64,000 nt of DNA from an uncultured Pelagibacteraceae bacterium (GTDB taxonomy: Bacteria; Pseudomonadota; Alphaproteobacteria; Pelagibacterales; Pelagibacteraceae), in contig CACFSO010000004.1 in the NCBI GenBank assembly GCA_902568975.1, positions 5,690-69,689 on the forward strand. The letters run 5' to 3'. Below the pieces are notes generated by a model, which worked only from the letters and a program-made list of their open reading frames with translations, was not told the origin of the DNA and did not search any database. Every line of letters starts with the position of its first letter. The first letter of the stretch is position 1. Made by a program: the position numbers and the translations under genes. Below, in pieces: positions 21,600 through 32,093 of this stretch.

Positions 21600-22518
21600 T
21601 AATTTTTTTTAAATCTTCAAATTCATTAATAGATATTAAATTTATATTTTTTTCTATTCTTTTAACGAGTCCAGATAATACCTTTCCTGGTCCAATTTCA
21701 ATAAATGTTTTTACACTATTATTTATCATATAAACAACACTTTCTCTCCACCTAACAGGACTTTCAATTTGTTTTATTAACAAATCTTTTATTTCTAAAG
21801 ATTTTGTTATTTCTGTACTTGTTACATTTGAAACTATGGCATTTTTTGGATTTTTGAAATCAGTTTTCATTATAATATCTTTCATTATATTTGTGGCTGG
21901 TTTCATTAAATGACAATGGAAAGGTGCGCTAACTGGTAATTTTATATTTTTAATATTATTTTTTTTTAGATCTTCGCTGAACAAATTTAAGTCCTTAATT
22001 TTTCCACTTATTACTTGTTGACCATTTGAATTATCATTAGCTATATAACATGTGTAATTTTTATAATTATTTTTTATTATTTGATTAATTTTTTCTATAT
22101 CTGCACCAAGAACAGCCAACATTCCACCTTCTCCTTTGGGAACTGCAGATTGCATTGCTTTTCCTCTATCTTGTAAAATTTTTAGTGTCTGTTCAAATTT
22201 CAATGATTCACTTGCAGTTAAAGCTGAATATTCTCCAAGAGAATGTCCGGCAAAATATTTTGCTTTAAATAAATCTAAATCAGTTTCTCTTTTAATAAGT
22301 TCAATTATTGAAAAACTAACTAAAAATATTGCCGGTTGTGTATTTTCTGTTCGATCTAATTCATCTTTTGGTCCATTTAAAATTTTGTCGCTTATTTTAA
22401 GTCCTAAAATTTCATCAGCTTTTTGAAATAATTCTTTTATATATGCAAAATTATTATATAAATCTCTCCCCATACCAACTGATTGAGAGCCTTGACCTGG
22501 AAATATTACTGAAAACAT
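21586..22518 (-). CDS. fabD: Malonyl-CoA:ACP transacylase
   Basis: FPGQGSQ, GHSLGEY, VSAPFH, EIGPGKVL. Confidence 0.97.
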   Translation of the reverse strand: MFSVIFPGQGSQSVGMGRDLYNNFAYIKELFQKADEILGLKISDKILNGPKDELDRTENTQPAIFLVSFSIIELIKRETDLDLFKAKYFAGHSLGEYSALTASESLKFEQTLKILQDRGKAMQSAVPKGEGGMLAVLGADIEKINQIIKNNYKNYTCYIANDNSNGQQVISGKIKDLNLFSEDLKKNNIKNIKLPVSAPFHCHLMKPATNIMKDIIMKTDFKNPKNAIVSNVTSTEITKSLEIKDLLIKQIESPVRWRESVVYMINNSVKTFIEIGPGKVLSGLVKRIEKNINLISINEFEDLKKINDQF

Positions 22519-22602
22519 AGAAAATTATTTATAACTTATCTGTTTTTTGTGTTGTATTTCAAAATTTATAATAGTATATCCTCTTTTTTTTAAAAGGATA
22601 TT

Positions 22603-22953
22603 ATGCACTTATATGAACATACGATCATTGCAAGACAAGACATCAGTTCATCACAATTGAACCAAATTCAAGAAAAATATACAAAAATTGTAGAAAAATT
22701 TGAAGGCAGCATAGTTAAGACAGAAAATTGGGGATTGCTTAATCTTTCTTATTTAATAAAAAAAAATAGCAAGGGCAACTATATTCATTTTAAATTAAAA
22801 GGAAGTAAAAAAACTATTTTAGAATTAGAAAAAAATGAAAAAATAGATAAAAATTTGCTAAGATTTTTAACCATAAGAGTTAAGAAATTTGATTTAGAAA
22901 CAAACTATTTTGAAAAAAATGATAAAAGAAAACAAGATGGAGAGCTGAATTAA
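22603..22953 (+). CDS. rpsF: 30S ribosomal protein S6
   Basis: LYEH..I.RQD, ENWG…L.Y.IKK…G.Y. Confidence 0.95.
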   Translation: MHLYEHTIIARQDISSSQLNQIQEKYTKIVEKFEGSIVKTENWGLLNLSYLIKKNSKGNYIHFKLKGSKKTILELEKNEKIDKNLLRFLTIRVKKFDLETNYFEKNDKRKQDGELN

Positions 22954-22954
22954 T

Positions 22955-23224
22955 ATGAAAAATAGAAAAAATCAAAAAAAAAATAGACAAAATAGTTTTA
23001 CAAAATTAAGTGTTTTTCAACCCCAAAAATTTAGATTTAAAAAAAAATGTCCGCTTTCTGGAAAAGATGCACCAAAAGTTGATTATAAAAACATTAAACT
23101 TTTAAAAAAATATATTTCAGAGAATGGAAAAATTTTGCCATCAAGGATAACTTCAGTAAGTCAAAAGAAACAGAGAGAGCTATCTTTATCTATAAAAAGA
23201 GCAAGGAACTTAGCTTTAGTTTAA
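22955..23224 (+). CDS. rpsR: 30S ribosomal protein S18
   Basis: [19 protein letters not shown]…QR.L…IKRAR.LAL. Confidence 0.96.
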   Translation: MKNRKNQKKNRQNSFTKLSVFQPQKFRFKKKCPLSGKDAPKVDYKNIKLLKKYISENGKILPSRITSVSQKKQRELSLSIKRARNLALV

Positions 23225-23682
23225 TGAAAGTAATATTATTAGAAAATCTCAGAAAGTTAGGAGAAATTGGAGATATAGTTGAAGTAAAAAGAGGTTTTGC
23301 GAGAAACTATTTAATATCAAAAAAAAAAGCTTTATTCGCTTCTAAAGTTAATATTAAAGAAGTTGAAAAAATTAAACAAGAATTAAACAAAAAAGACCTT
23401 GAAAGAAAAAAAGAAGCTAAGGAAATTCAAGAAAAACTATTTAAAAAAGAATATAAAGTTAAAAAATTAAGCACAGAAAATAAAGAGCTTTATGGATCAG
23501 TTAAACCTACTGAAATAGCAAAAATATTAGAAGAAATTGAAAATGTAAAAATTAATCCCTCTATGATTCAACCAGAAAAAGAGATTAAAGCTCTTGGAAC
23601 TTTTAAAGTCATACTTAACCTACATTCTGAAGTTCAATCATATATATTTATCAAAGTAATTTCTGAGGAAAATATTAAGTAG
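23224..23682 (+). CDS. rplI: 50S ribosomal protein L9
   Basis: MKVILLE…LG..GD.V.VK.GFARNYL, LYGSV. Confidence 0.96.
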   Translation: MKVILLENLRKLGEIGDIVEVKRGFARNYLISKKKALFASKVNIKEVEKIKQELNKKDLERKKEAKEIQEKLFKKEYKVKKLSTENKELYGSVKPTEIAKILEEIENVKINPSMIQPEKEIKALGTFKVILNLHSEVQSYIFIKVISEENIK

Positions 23683-23750
23683 TTTATACAAAATTTTCCC
23701 CAGTAAAACTTTACGCTTGAGAGTTTATATATTTTTCATTAATTAGTTTT

Positions 23751-25166
23751 ATGCTCAAATCATTAAATTTAGTTAAAGATAGTACAAAAGAACCCCCGAA
23801 TAATATTGAGGCAGAACAATCTGTAATTGGATCAATTTTACTAACAAATGAAATTTTTGATGAAATAAATATTTTACTCTCAAGTAAAAATTTTTTTGAT
23901 CCTATGCACCAAAAAATTTTTAGTGCAATTGAAAAACTTATTTATACTGGAATGCTGGCAAATCCAATTACCCTAAAAAATTATTTTGAAAATCAGAAAG
24001 ATGAATTAAATATACCAGAATATTTAGTGAAAATTACAAAATTTTCTACTTCCTCAAGACAAGCTATAGAATATTCAAAATTAATATATGATTTATATGT
24101 AAAAAGAGAATTAATTAAAATCTCTGAAAATATAATAGACACAGCAAAACTTAATGATTTAGATTTGGACGGGCAAAAAATAATTGAAAATTCTGAAAAA
24201 GCTCTTTTTGATCTAGCAGAAAAAGGTTCGTTTAATTCTTCGCTAGTTAAATTTGATGAAGCAATGAAATTAACGATTGAAATGGCTTCAAATGCATATA
24301 AAAACGATCAGGGTATCGTTGGTGTTCCCACAGGTTTAACTGATTTAGATGATAGACTTGGTGGATTGCACAAATCTGATTTAGTAATTATTGCTGGAAG
24401 ACCTTCGATGGGTAAAACTGCGCTAGCAACCAATATTGCATTTAATGCTGCAAAAAAAATTCAAGAAAGTGGAAAAAAAACCTCTATAGCATTTTTTTCC
24501 CTTGAAATGTCTTCAGAACAATTATCAACCAGAATACTTGCGGAACAATCAAGAATAAAATCAAATGATATTAGACGAGGAAGAATTTCTGACGAAGAAT
24601 TTGATAAATTTATAGAAACATCAAAGAATATATCTGAGTTACCACTTTATATAGATGAGACTCCAGCAATAAGTATAGCTGCTCTAAGTAATAGAGCACG
24701 AAGAATAAAAAGATTATATGGAGTAGATATGGTTGTTATAGATTATATTCAGTTAATGAAAGCTTCAAATTTTAAAGAAGGAAGAGTTCAGGAAATATCT
24801 GAAATAACCCAAGGTTTAAAAGCTTTAGCTAAAGAACTTTCAGTTCCAGTTGTAGCTTTGTCTCAATTGTCTAGAGCAGTAGAGCAAAGAGATGATAAAA
24901 AACCTCAATTATCAGATTTAAGAGAATCGGGTTCAATTGAACAGGATGCTGATGTAGTTATGTTCGTTTACAGAGAAGCTTATTATTTAGAAAGAAAAGA
25001 ACCACGACCAGCAACTGTAGAGCATGCTGAATGGCAAGCAAAAATGAATGAAGTTTCAAATTTGGCGGAAATAATTATAAGTAAACAGCGACATGGCCCT
25101 ACAGGTAATATAATGCTTGAATTTGAAGCAATGTTCACAAAATTTAAAGATATTCAAAATAACTAA
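23751..25166 (+). CDS. dnaB: Replicative DNA helicase
   Basis: AGRPSMGKT, FSLEMS, DYIQLM, SQLSR..E.R..K.PQLSDLRESGSIEQDAD, KQRHGP. Confidence 0.98.
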   Translation: MLKSLNLVKDSTKEPPNNIEAEQSVIGSILLTNEIFDEINILLSSKNFFDPMHQKIFSAIEKLIYTGMLANPITLKNYFENQKDELNIPEYLVKITKFSTSSRQAIEYSKLIYDLYVKRELIKISENIIDTAKLNDLDLDGQKIIENSEKALFDLAEKGSFNSSLVKFDEAMKLTIEMASNAYKNDQGIVGVPTGLTDLDDRLGGLHKSDLVIIAGRPSMGKTALATNIAFNAAKKIQESGKKTSIAFFSLEMSSEQLSTRILAEQSRIKSNDIRRGRISDEEFDKFIETSKNISELPLYIDETPAISIAALSNRARRIKRLYGVDMVVIDYIQLMKASNFKEGRVQEISEITQGLKALAKELSVPVVALSQLSRAVEQRDDKKPQLSDLRESGSIEQDADVVMFVYREAYYLERKEPRPATVEHAEWQAKMNEVSNLAEIIISKQRHGPTGNIMLEFEAMFTKFKDIQNN

Positions 25167-25191
25167 TATAAAATATATAAGCTAATATTGA

Positions 25192-27582
25192 ATGTTAGCG
25201 AATTTTTATCAAAAAAATTTAATAGGAAAACCAAAGACAATATTTATTATTTTGGTAATTCTTCTCGCTTTTTTTGGATTTTATTCAAAAGATTTTAAGT
25301 TAGACGCATCTTCTGATACTCTTTTATTAGATAATGATCCAGACCTAAAGTATTTAAGAACAATTAATGAAACTTATGGTTCTAATGATTTTTTAATATT
25401 AACTTATAAACCTTATGAAAGTATTATTTCTAAAAACTCTATTAAAGACTTATTAAATCTCAAAAAAGATATTCAAAAATTAAATTGGGTAAAAAATGTA
25501 ATTACTATCCTTGATATCCCTTTATTAGATAGTACTGACGAACCATTAAGTGAAAGATTAAAAAACTTTAAAACTCTTAAAGATGAAAACATAGACAGAA
25601 AAAGAGGTTTTAATGAAATACTAAATAGTCCTGTATTTAAAAATTTTGTGATAAGTGAAGATGGAAGCACAAGTGGAATAATAGTTAATATCAAAAATGA
25701 TAAAAAACTAAAAGAGTTACAAAAAACTAATAGCAATGAATTACAAGAGTATAAAGAATATTTAAAAATTCAAAATCATAAAAATATTTTAGAGATTAGA
25801 AGCATCATTTCCTCTTATAAAAATAATTCCGAAATATTTTTAGGAGGTATTCCCATGATAGCTGATGACATGATCTCATTTATCAAAAATGATATTATAG
25901 TTTTTGGAATTGGTGTTTTTATTTTTATAATAATTACACTATGGTTTGTATTTAAAAAATTTATCTGGATACTTATACCTATAAGTAGTTGCTTTTTCTC
26001 AGTGTTAATTATGATGGGTCTTCTAGGTATTATAGGTTGGAAAGTAACAGTAATTTCGTCAAACTTTATTGCCTTGATGCTTATTTTAACAATGGCAATG
26101 AATATTCACTTAAGCACAAGATTTATTCAACTGAAAAAAGAATATACTAAAAAAAAAAATTCAGAACTAATTTTTTTGGCAACATCAAAGATGTTTTGGC
26201 CGATAGTTTATACTGTAATGACAACTATTTGTGCTTTTCTATCTTTAATTTTTAGTGAAATAAAGCCAATTATTGACTTTGGTTGGATGATGACACTAGG
26301 TCTTATAACTTCATTTATAGTTACTTTTACTTTATTACCAACTCTTTTAAATATTTTTCCAAATAATACAATTAATATTAAAAACCAAAAAAATTCTACT
26401 GTTACAAATTTTTTTGAAAAAATAAGTTTAAATAATAAAAATTCAATTTTTTTTATTTCTACGCTAATGATTGGATTAAGTATTTTCGGAATTAGCAAGC
26501 TGGAAGTAGAAAATAGTTTTATAAATTATTTCGATAAAAAGACCGAAATTTATAAAGGAATGAAATTAATTGATGAAAAACTTGGAGGAACAACGCCTTT
26601 AGAAGTAATAATTAAATTCCCTACTAAAGATTCAGAAGAAAAATCAAATGATGATGATTTTGAAGATTGGGACGAAGGAAACGACAATGATGCGGAAAAA
26701 TATTGGTTTACAAAAGACAAAATAGATAAAATTAAACTTGTTCATAACTATTTAGAAAATTTGCCTTCAATAGGTAAGGTAATTTCTTTTTCTTCAATAA
26801 TTGAAGTGGCAAAAAAACTTAATAATAATAAGGAATTAGGTACTCTTGAAATGGGAGTTCTGTACAGTAAGCTCCCACCAACTATTAAAGAACAGATAGT
26901 TGATCCTTACATATCTATAGAAAATAATGAAGCGAGAATAAATTTAAGAATTAAAGACTCTCTTGAAAATTTAAGAAGGAATGAATTAATAAACAAAATA
27001 AATCATGACTTAGAAAATAAACTTAATCTTAAAAAAGAAGAATTTAAATTAACAGGAGTGTTAATTTTATTTAATAATTTACTACAGAGTTTGTTTAAAT
27101 CTCAAATATTAACCTTAGGTTTTGTAATGATTGGTATTCTTTTAATGTTTTTAATATTATTTAGAAATCTAAAACTTTCATTAATTGGTGTAATTCCAAA
27201 TTTTTTGGCAGCTTTCTTTATTTTAGGTATAATCGGTATTTTAGAAATTCCGTTAGATATGATGACTATTACTATTGCCGCTATAACTATTGGAATAGCT
27301 GTTGATAATAGTATTCATTATATTTATAGATTTAAAGAAGAATTTAAAAAATTAAAGGACTATAAAAAAACCTTAAAAAAATGTCATTCAACTGTTGGAA
27401 TTGCAATACTAAATACATCCATCACTATTGTATTTGGATTTTCAATTTTGGTTTTATCTAATTTTATACCAACCATATATTTCGGAATATTTACTGGAAT
27501 CGCTATGCTTCTCGCCATGATTTCTGTATTAACGCTGCTCCCAGTGTTGTTGCTTATGGTAAAACCATTTAATGCAAAATAA
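25192..27582 (+). CDS. MMPL/RND-family exporter
   Basis: Two repeats of TM, periplasmic loop and 5 TM; GIAVDNSIH motif. Confidence 0.88.
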   Translation: MLANFYQKNLIGKPKTIFIILVILLAFFGFYSKDFKLDASSDTLLLDNDPDLKYLRTINETYGSNDFLILTYKPYESIISKNSIKDLLNLKKDIQKLNWVKNVITILDIPLLDSTDEPLSERLKNFKTLKDENIDRKRGFNEILNSPVFKNFVISEDGSTSGIIVNIKNDKKLKELQKTNSNELQEYKEYLKIQNHKNILEIRSIISSYKNNSEIFLGGIPMIADDMISFIKNDIIVFGIGVFIFIIITLWFVFKKFIWILIPISSCFFSVLIMMGLLGIIGWKVTVISSNFIALMLILTMAMNIHLSTRFIQLKKEYTKKKNSELIFLATSKMFWPIVYTVMTTICAFLSLIFSEIKPIIDFGWMMTLGLITSFIVTFTLLPTLLNIFPNNTINIKNQKNSTVTNFFEKISLNNKNSIFFISTLMIGLSIFGISKLEVENSFINYFDKKTEIYKGMKLIDEKLGGTTPLEVIIKFPTKDSEEKSNDDDFEDWDEGNDNDAEKYWFTKDKIDKIKLVHNYLENLPSIGKVISFSSIIEVAKKLNNNKELGTLEMGVLYSKLPPTIKEQIVDPYISIENNEARINLRIKDSLENLRRNELINKINHDLENKLNLKKEEFKLTGVLILFNNLLQSLFKSQILTLGFVMIGILLMFLILFRNLKLSLIGVIPNFLAAFFILGIIGILEIPLDMMTITIAAITIGIAVDNSIHYIYRFKEEFKKLKDYKKTLKKCHSTVGIAILNTSITIVFGFSILVLSNFIPTIYFGIFTGIAMLLAMISVLTLLPVLLLMVKPFNAK

Positions 27583-27588
27583 AAATTT

Positions 27589-28134
27589 ATGTTAGATTTA
27601 TTTTTAGATTTTTTTAATAAATTATATATTTTTGACATAATTTATATTGGTATAACAATTCTTTCCCTTTTAGAATGTACAAGGAAAGGTTTTGTTTTAA
27701 GTATTTTAGCTGCATCAAAATGGTTGCTAGCCTATGTTCTTACTTTATTTTTTTTTCCTAAAGCCAAACCTTTCGTAGAAGGTATTATTGATAGCGAGTA
27801 TGTTTTGGATATTGGATTGGGAATAAGTATATTTATTGTAGTAATTTTTATTATATTGCTTATTAACAAAGGAATAAGTAAAGCGGTAATCTATTCTGGA
27901 TTAGGTAGTTTAGATAGACTCTTTGGATTCCTTTTCGGATTTTTTAGGTCGTACGTTATTGCAGTATGTATATTTACAACCATAGATATTGTCTATAATC
28001 ATAAAAAGTGGCCAATAAATTTGGATAATTCAATTTTTTTTACTTGGGTTGAAAATGGTAGCAAGTATCTTATAAAAGAAATTCCAGATAAAAAACAATA
28101 TGAAGATGCAAAAAACAAAGTACAAGAACTATAG
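27589..28134 (+). CDS. cvpA: CvpA family membrane protein
   Basis: D.I…RKGFV…LDRLFGFLFG; directly upstream of purF. Confidence 0.88.
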   Translation: MLDLFLDFFNKLYIFDIIYIGITILSLLECTRKGFVLSILAASKWLLAYVLTLFFFPKAKPFVEGIIDSEYVLDIGLGISIFIVVIFIILLINKGISKAVIYSGLGSLDRLFGFLFGFFRSYVIAVCIFTTIDIVYNHKKWPINLDNSIFFTWVENGSKYLIKEIPDKKQYEDAKNKVQEL

Positions 28135-29569
28135 TCCAAAGATAAAAGAAGAATGTGGAGTTTTTGGAATAAGCAATACATCTGAAGCTTCAACTTTAAC
28201 AGCATTAGGTTTACATGCTCTCCAGCATAGAGGCCAGGAAGGTTGTGGCATTGTTTCTTTTGATGGAAAAAATTATCACTCTGAAAAAAGATTTGGACTT
28301 GTTGGAGATAATTTTAATAAAGAAAAAGTTCTAAATAAATTACCAGGTAATTATGCAATAGGTCATAATAGATATAGCACTACTGGTGCAACTACTTTGA
28401 GAAATGTACAACCATTCTTTGCTGATACAAATGCAGGTGGTATAGCAATCGCCCATAATGGCAATTTAACAAATGCCATAACGCTAAGAGAAAAATTAGT
28501 AGAAGAAGGAGCGATTTTTTATAGCACCTCAGATACAGAAACTATTATACAGCTTATAGCAAAATCAAAAAGAACTGGGAAAATAGAAAAAATTATCGAT
28601 GCATTGTTCCAAATTCAAGGCGCATATGCACTTATTTTTATGACACAAAATACTCTTATAGGCGTAAGAGATCCTTTTGGAATAAGGCCTTTGGTCATAG
28701 GAAAATTAAATAATTCATATATTTTTGCATCTGAAACATGTGCATTGGATATTATTGGTGCAAAATTTATAAGGGAAGTTGAAAATGGTGAGATTGTTTG
28801 TATTGAAAAAAATGAATTAAAAAGCATTAAACCTTTTCCTAAAAAAAAGCAGAGACCATGTGTCTTTGAATATATTTATTTTGCAAGACCTGATAGTATT
28901 TTAAGAGGAAAATGTGCCTACGAATATAGAAAAGATTTTGGAAAGGAATTAGCCAAAGAAGCTGGTATAGATGTTGATTTAATAGTGCCTGTTCCTGATT
29001 CAGGTAATGCTGCAGCTATAGGTTACAGTCAATATTTAAAAAAAGATTTTGATTTAGGTTTAATTAGAAACCATTATGTTGGTAGAACCTTTATTGAACC
29101 TGTTCAAAAAATTAGAAGTTTAGGAGTAAAATTAAAATTGAATGCAAATAAATCAACCATAAAAAATAAGAATATAGTTTTAATAGATGATTCTCTTGTA
29201 AGAGGAACAACTTGTCATAAAATAGTTAAAATGCTTTATGATTCAGGAGCAAATGAAGTTCATGTTAGAATTGCTTCCCCAGAAATAAAATTTCCTGATT
29301 TTTATGGCATAGATACTCCAACCAAAAAAGAACTTTTAGCTGCAAATAAAACTAATAAAGAAATTTGTAAATATATAAATGCAAAATCTTTAAAATTTTT
29401 ATCAATAAATGGAATGTACAAAGCTATGGGATTTGAAAAAAGAGACATTAATTACCCACAACTTACAGATCATTATTTTACTGGGGACTATCCTGTAAAA
29501 CCACTAGATAATCTTGGAGAGGATAAGGTAACAAAATTATCTTTATTGAGCACCGCTTCAAATAACTAA
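28100..29569 (+). CDS. purF: Amidophosphoribosyltransferase
   Basis: EECGVFG, LQHRGQE, GHNRYST, FEYIYFARPD, DDSLVRGTT. Confidence 0.98.
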   Translation: MKMQKTKYKNYSPKIKEECGVFGISNTSEASTLTALGLHALQHRGQEGCGIVSFDGKNYHSEKRFGLVGDNFNKEKVLNKLPGNYAIGHNRYSTTGATTLRNVQPFFADTNAGGIAIAHNGNLTNAITLREKLVEEGAIFYSTSDTETIIQLIAKSKRTGKIEKIIDALFQIQGAYALIFMTQNTLIGVRDPFGIRPLVIGKLNNSYIFASETCALDIIGAKFIREVENGEIVCIEKNELKSIKPFPKKKQRPCVFEYIYFARPDSILRGKCAYEYRKDFGKELAKEAGIDVDLIVPVPDSGNAAAIGYSQYLKKDFDLGLIRNHYVGRTFIEPVQKIRSLGVKLKLNANKSTIKNKNIVLIDDSLVRGTTCHKIVKMLYDSGANEVHVRIASPEIKFPDFYGIDTPTKKELLAANKTNKEICKYINAKSLKFLSINGMYKAMGFEKRDINYPQLTDHYFTGDYPVKPLDNLGEDKVTKLSLLSTASNN

Positions 29570-29574
29570 GTTTT

Positions 29575-30132
29575 ATGAAAAAAGTAAATTTTACAGAAAT
29601 GAAATATGGAAATAAAGAAGATTATCTTCTCTTAGAAAAATATGAAAAAAAATTTGAAAGAGCAACGGCAGATAGAATTTTAAATTATATGTCAGGTCTT
29701 AATAACACTCTTGAGGGATATCAAATTTCAAGATTGGAACACTCTTTACAAACAGCAACTAGAGCCTTTAAAAATGGAGAAAGCGATGAAATGGTAGTTG
29801 CAGCTTTGCTTCATGACATAGGAGATGAGTTAGCTCCTATGAATCATTCTCAATACGCAGCTGCTGTTTTAAAACCTTATGTGTCTGAAAAAACTCATTG
29901 GATTATAGAAAAACATGGATTTTTTCAAACTTACTACTCTGCACATCATTTAGGTGGTAACAGAAATTTAAGAGAAAAATATAAAGATCACAAATATTAT
30001 CAAGCAACAATAGACTTTTGTGAAAAATATGACCAAGCTTCATTTGATCCAAATTATAAATCTATGAAATTAAAAGATTTTGAACCAATAGTTAGAAAAA
30101 TTTTTTCCAGAAAACCCTATTATCATTATTAA
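29575..30132 (+). CDS. HD-domain metalloprotein (PhnZ/MIOX-like subgroup)
   Basis: EHSLQTATRA…VVAALLHDIG…NH…H…D motif spacing. Confidence 0.8.
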   Translation: MKKVNFTEMKYGNKEDYLLLEKYEKKFERATADRILNYMSGLNNTLEGYQISRLEHSLQTATRAFKNGESDEMVVAALLHDIGDELAPMNHSQYAAAVLKPYVSEKTHWIIEKHGFFQTYYSAHHLGGNRNLREKYKDHKYYQATIDFCEKYDQASFDPNYKSMKLKDFEPIVRKIFSRKPYYHY

Positions 30133-30134
30133 CC

Positions 30135-32093
30135 TTGGCAAATAATCTACAAAACGAAAAAAGTCCGTATCTTAAACAACATAAAGATAATCCTGTTGAT
30201 TGGCTTCCATGGAACAAGGAAACTTTGAAAAAGGCGAAAAATTTAAAAAAACCAATATTTTTAAGTGTTGGATATGCAAGTTGTCATTGGTGTCACGTTA
30301 TGGCCCATGAAAGTTTTGAAGATCATCAAACAGCAAAATTAATGAATGATAAATTTATAAATATAAAAGTCGATAGAGAAGAAAGGCCTGATTTAGATTC
30401 AATGTTTCAAAAAAGTTTAGGAATTTTAACTGGAGCACAAGGAGGTTGGCCATTATCTATGTTTTTAGACGAAAATGGGGTTCCTTTTACTGGTGGAACC
30501 TACTTTCCACCAAAAGAAATGCACGGTCGTCCTAGTTTTATTCAAGTCTTAGAAAATGTTTCCAAAGTATATTCAGATAATAGGGAAAAAATAATATCAC
30601 AAGTTTCACAGCTTAAAATGGTCTTCAAAGAATTAAATAGAAAAAATGCAGTTCTAAAACAAGATTTAGAGCCATATGCAGAAAAAATAATCCAATACCT
30701 TGATGAGGAAAATGGAGGATTTAAAGGTGCACCAAAGTTTCCTCAATTTTATGTTTTTGATACAATTTTTTATTTTTTTAAAAAAAATAATAATCCAAAA
30801 TTTTTTAAACCAGTTGAAAATCTTTTAAAAAATATTTCATCTAGAGGAATTTATGACCATTTAGAAGGAGGTATTGCTCGATATACTGTGGATGACAAGT
30901 GGATCGTTCCTCACTTCGAAAAAATGTTATATGATAATATTCTCTTTGTAAATTTGCTTAATAATTTTTTACAAAATAAAAATTCTGAATACTTAAAAAA
31001 AAAATTAAATCAAACAATTAAATTTATAAATTCTGAATTTTTATCTGAAGATAGCCTTTTAGGGTCAGCATATGATGCTGATAGCGAGGGTATTGAAGGA
31101 AAATATTATATTTGGAAATTTGATGAATTAGAAAATTTATTAAAGGATAAATTTAATATATTCAAAAAAAAATATATGATTTCCAAAGAAGGAAATTTTG
31201 AAGGATCGAATATTCTTGTGGAAAATAAAGATCAAAAATTTACAGATCAAGAATTACTAGATATCAAAAATTCAGAAAAGTTATTATTAAATGAAAGAAA
31301 GAAAAGAATAAAACCTCTATTTGATAATAAAGTACAAACGGATCTAAATTGTTATTGGTTATACAGCAACCTCTATTCTTCATTAATTTTAAATGATGAA
31401 GATTTATTTAATAAAACAATTAATTCAATTCAAATTATTAATAAAAAACTAAAAGACAATATATTCCACTGTTATAACAAAAATAAAAGTGAAATTGATG
31501 TTTTTTTGGAGGATTATTCATATTACTCTCTTCTACTGATTACTATGTATGAAATAAATAACGATAAAGAGTCTTTGGAAAAGTGTAAAAAAATAATGAA
31601 TGAAACATGGAAATTATTTTTTAATAAAGAATATAATTTACTTCAAAAAAATATTTTGAACTCTAATGATTTGTTTGTAAATCCTATTGATATTTCTGAT
31701 AATAATATTCCAAATGGAAATAGTATTTATCTACTTGTTTGCAATAAGCTCAAAAATATTACAAATGATGTAGAATGGAACAACAAAATAGACTTATTAA
31801 GTAAATCTTATAACACATATATTAATTATAATTTTTCACAAATGTTTAGTTACTTAAAAATTTTAGACATTTGTGAAACGAATATAACCCTCACCTTTCA
31901 TGGAAAAAATAATCAAATTGAAAAAATAAAAAAAGAAATTTTAAAGAGATTTATGGGTGATGTTTCAATTATATATAAAGAAGATAATAATGAATTTTTT
32001 GCAGTCTTGTGTAAAAATCAAATTTGCTCTGATAAATTAAAAAACATAAATCAAATTGATGAATATATAAAAAAAATTTATAATGTTTCATAA
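30135..32093 (+). CDS. Thioredoxin domain-containing protein (YyaL/DUF255 family)
   Basis: N.L..EKSPYL.QH..NPVDW, CHWCHVMAHESFE, KVDREERPD, GGWPL, VPHFEKMLYDN. Confidence 0.92.
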   Translation: MANNLQNEKSPYLKQHKDNPVDWLPWNKETLKKAKNLKKPIFLSVGYASCHWCHVMAHESFEDHQTAKLMNDKFINIKVDREERPDLDSMFQKSLGILTGAQGGWPLSMFLDENGVPFTGGTYFPPKEMHGRPSFIQVLENVSKVYSDNREKIISQVSQLKMVFKELNRKNAVLKQDLEPYAEKIIQYLDEENGGFKGAPKFPQFYVFDTIFYFFKKNNNPKFFKPVENLLKNISSRGIYDHLEGGIARYTVDDKWIVPHFEKMLYDNILFVNLLNNFLQNKNSEYLKKKLNQTIKFINSEFLSEDSLLGSAYDADSEGIEGKYYIWKFDELENLLKDKFNIFKKKYMISKEGNFEGSNILVENKDQKFTDQELLDIKNSEKLLLNERKKRIKPLFDNKVQTDLNCYWLYSNLYSSLILNDEDLFNKTINSIQIINKKLKDNIFHCYNKNKSEIDVFLEDYSYYSLLLITMYEINNDKESLEKCKKIMNETWKLFFNKEYNLLQKNILNSNDLFVNPIDISDNNIPNGNSIYLLVCNKLKNITNDVEWNNKIDLLSKSYNTYINYNFSQMFSYLKILDICETNITLTFHGKNNQIEKIKKEILKRFMGDVSIIYKEDNNEFFAVLCKNQICSDKLKNINQIDEYIKKIYNVS

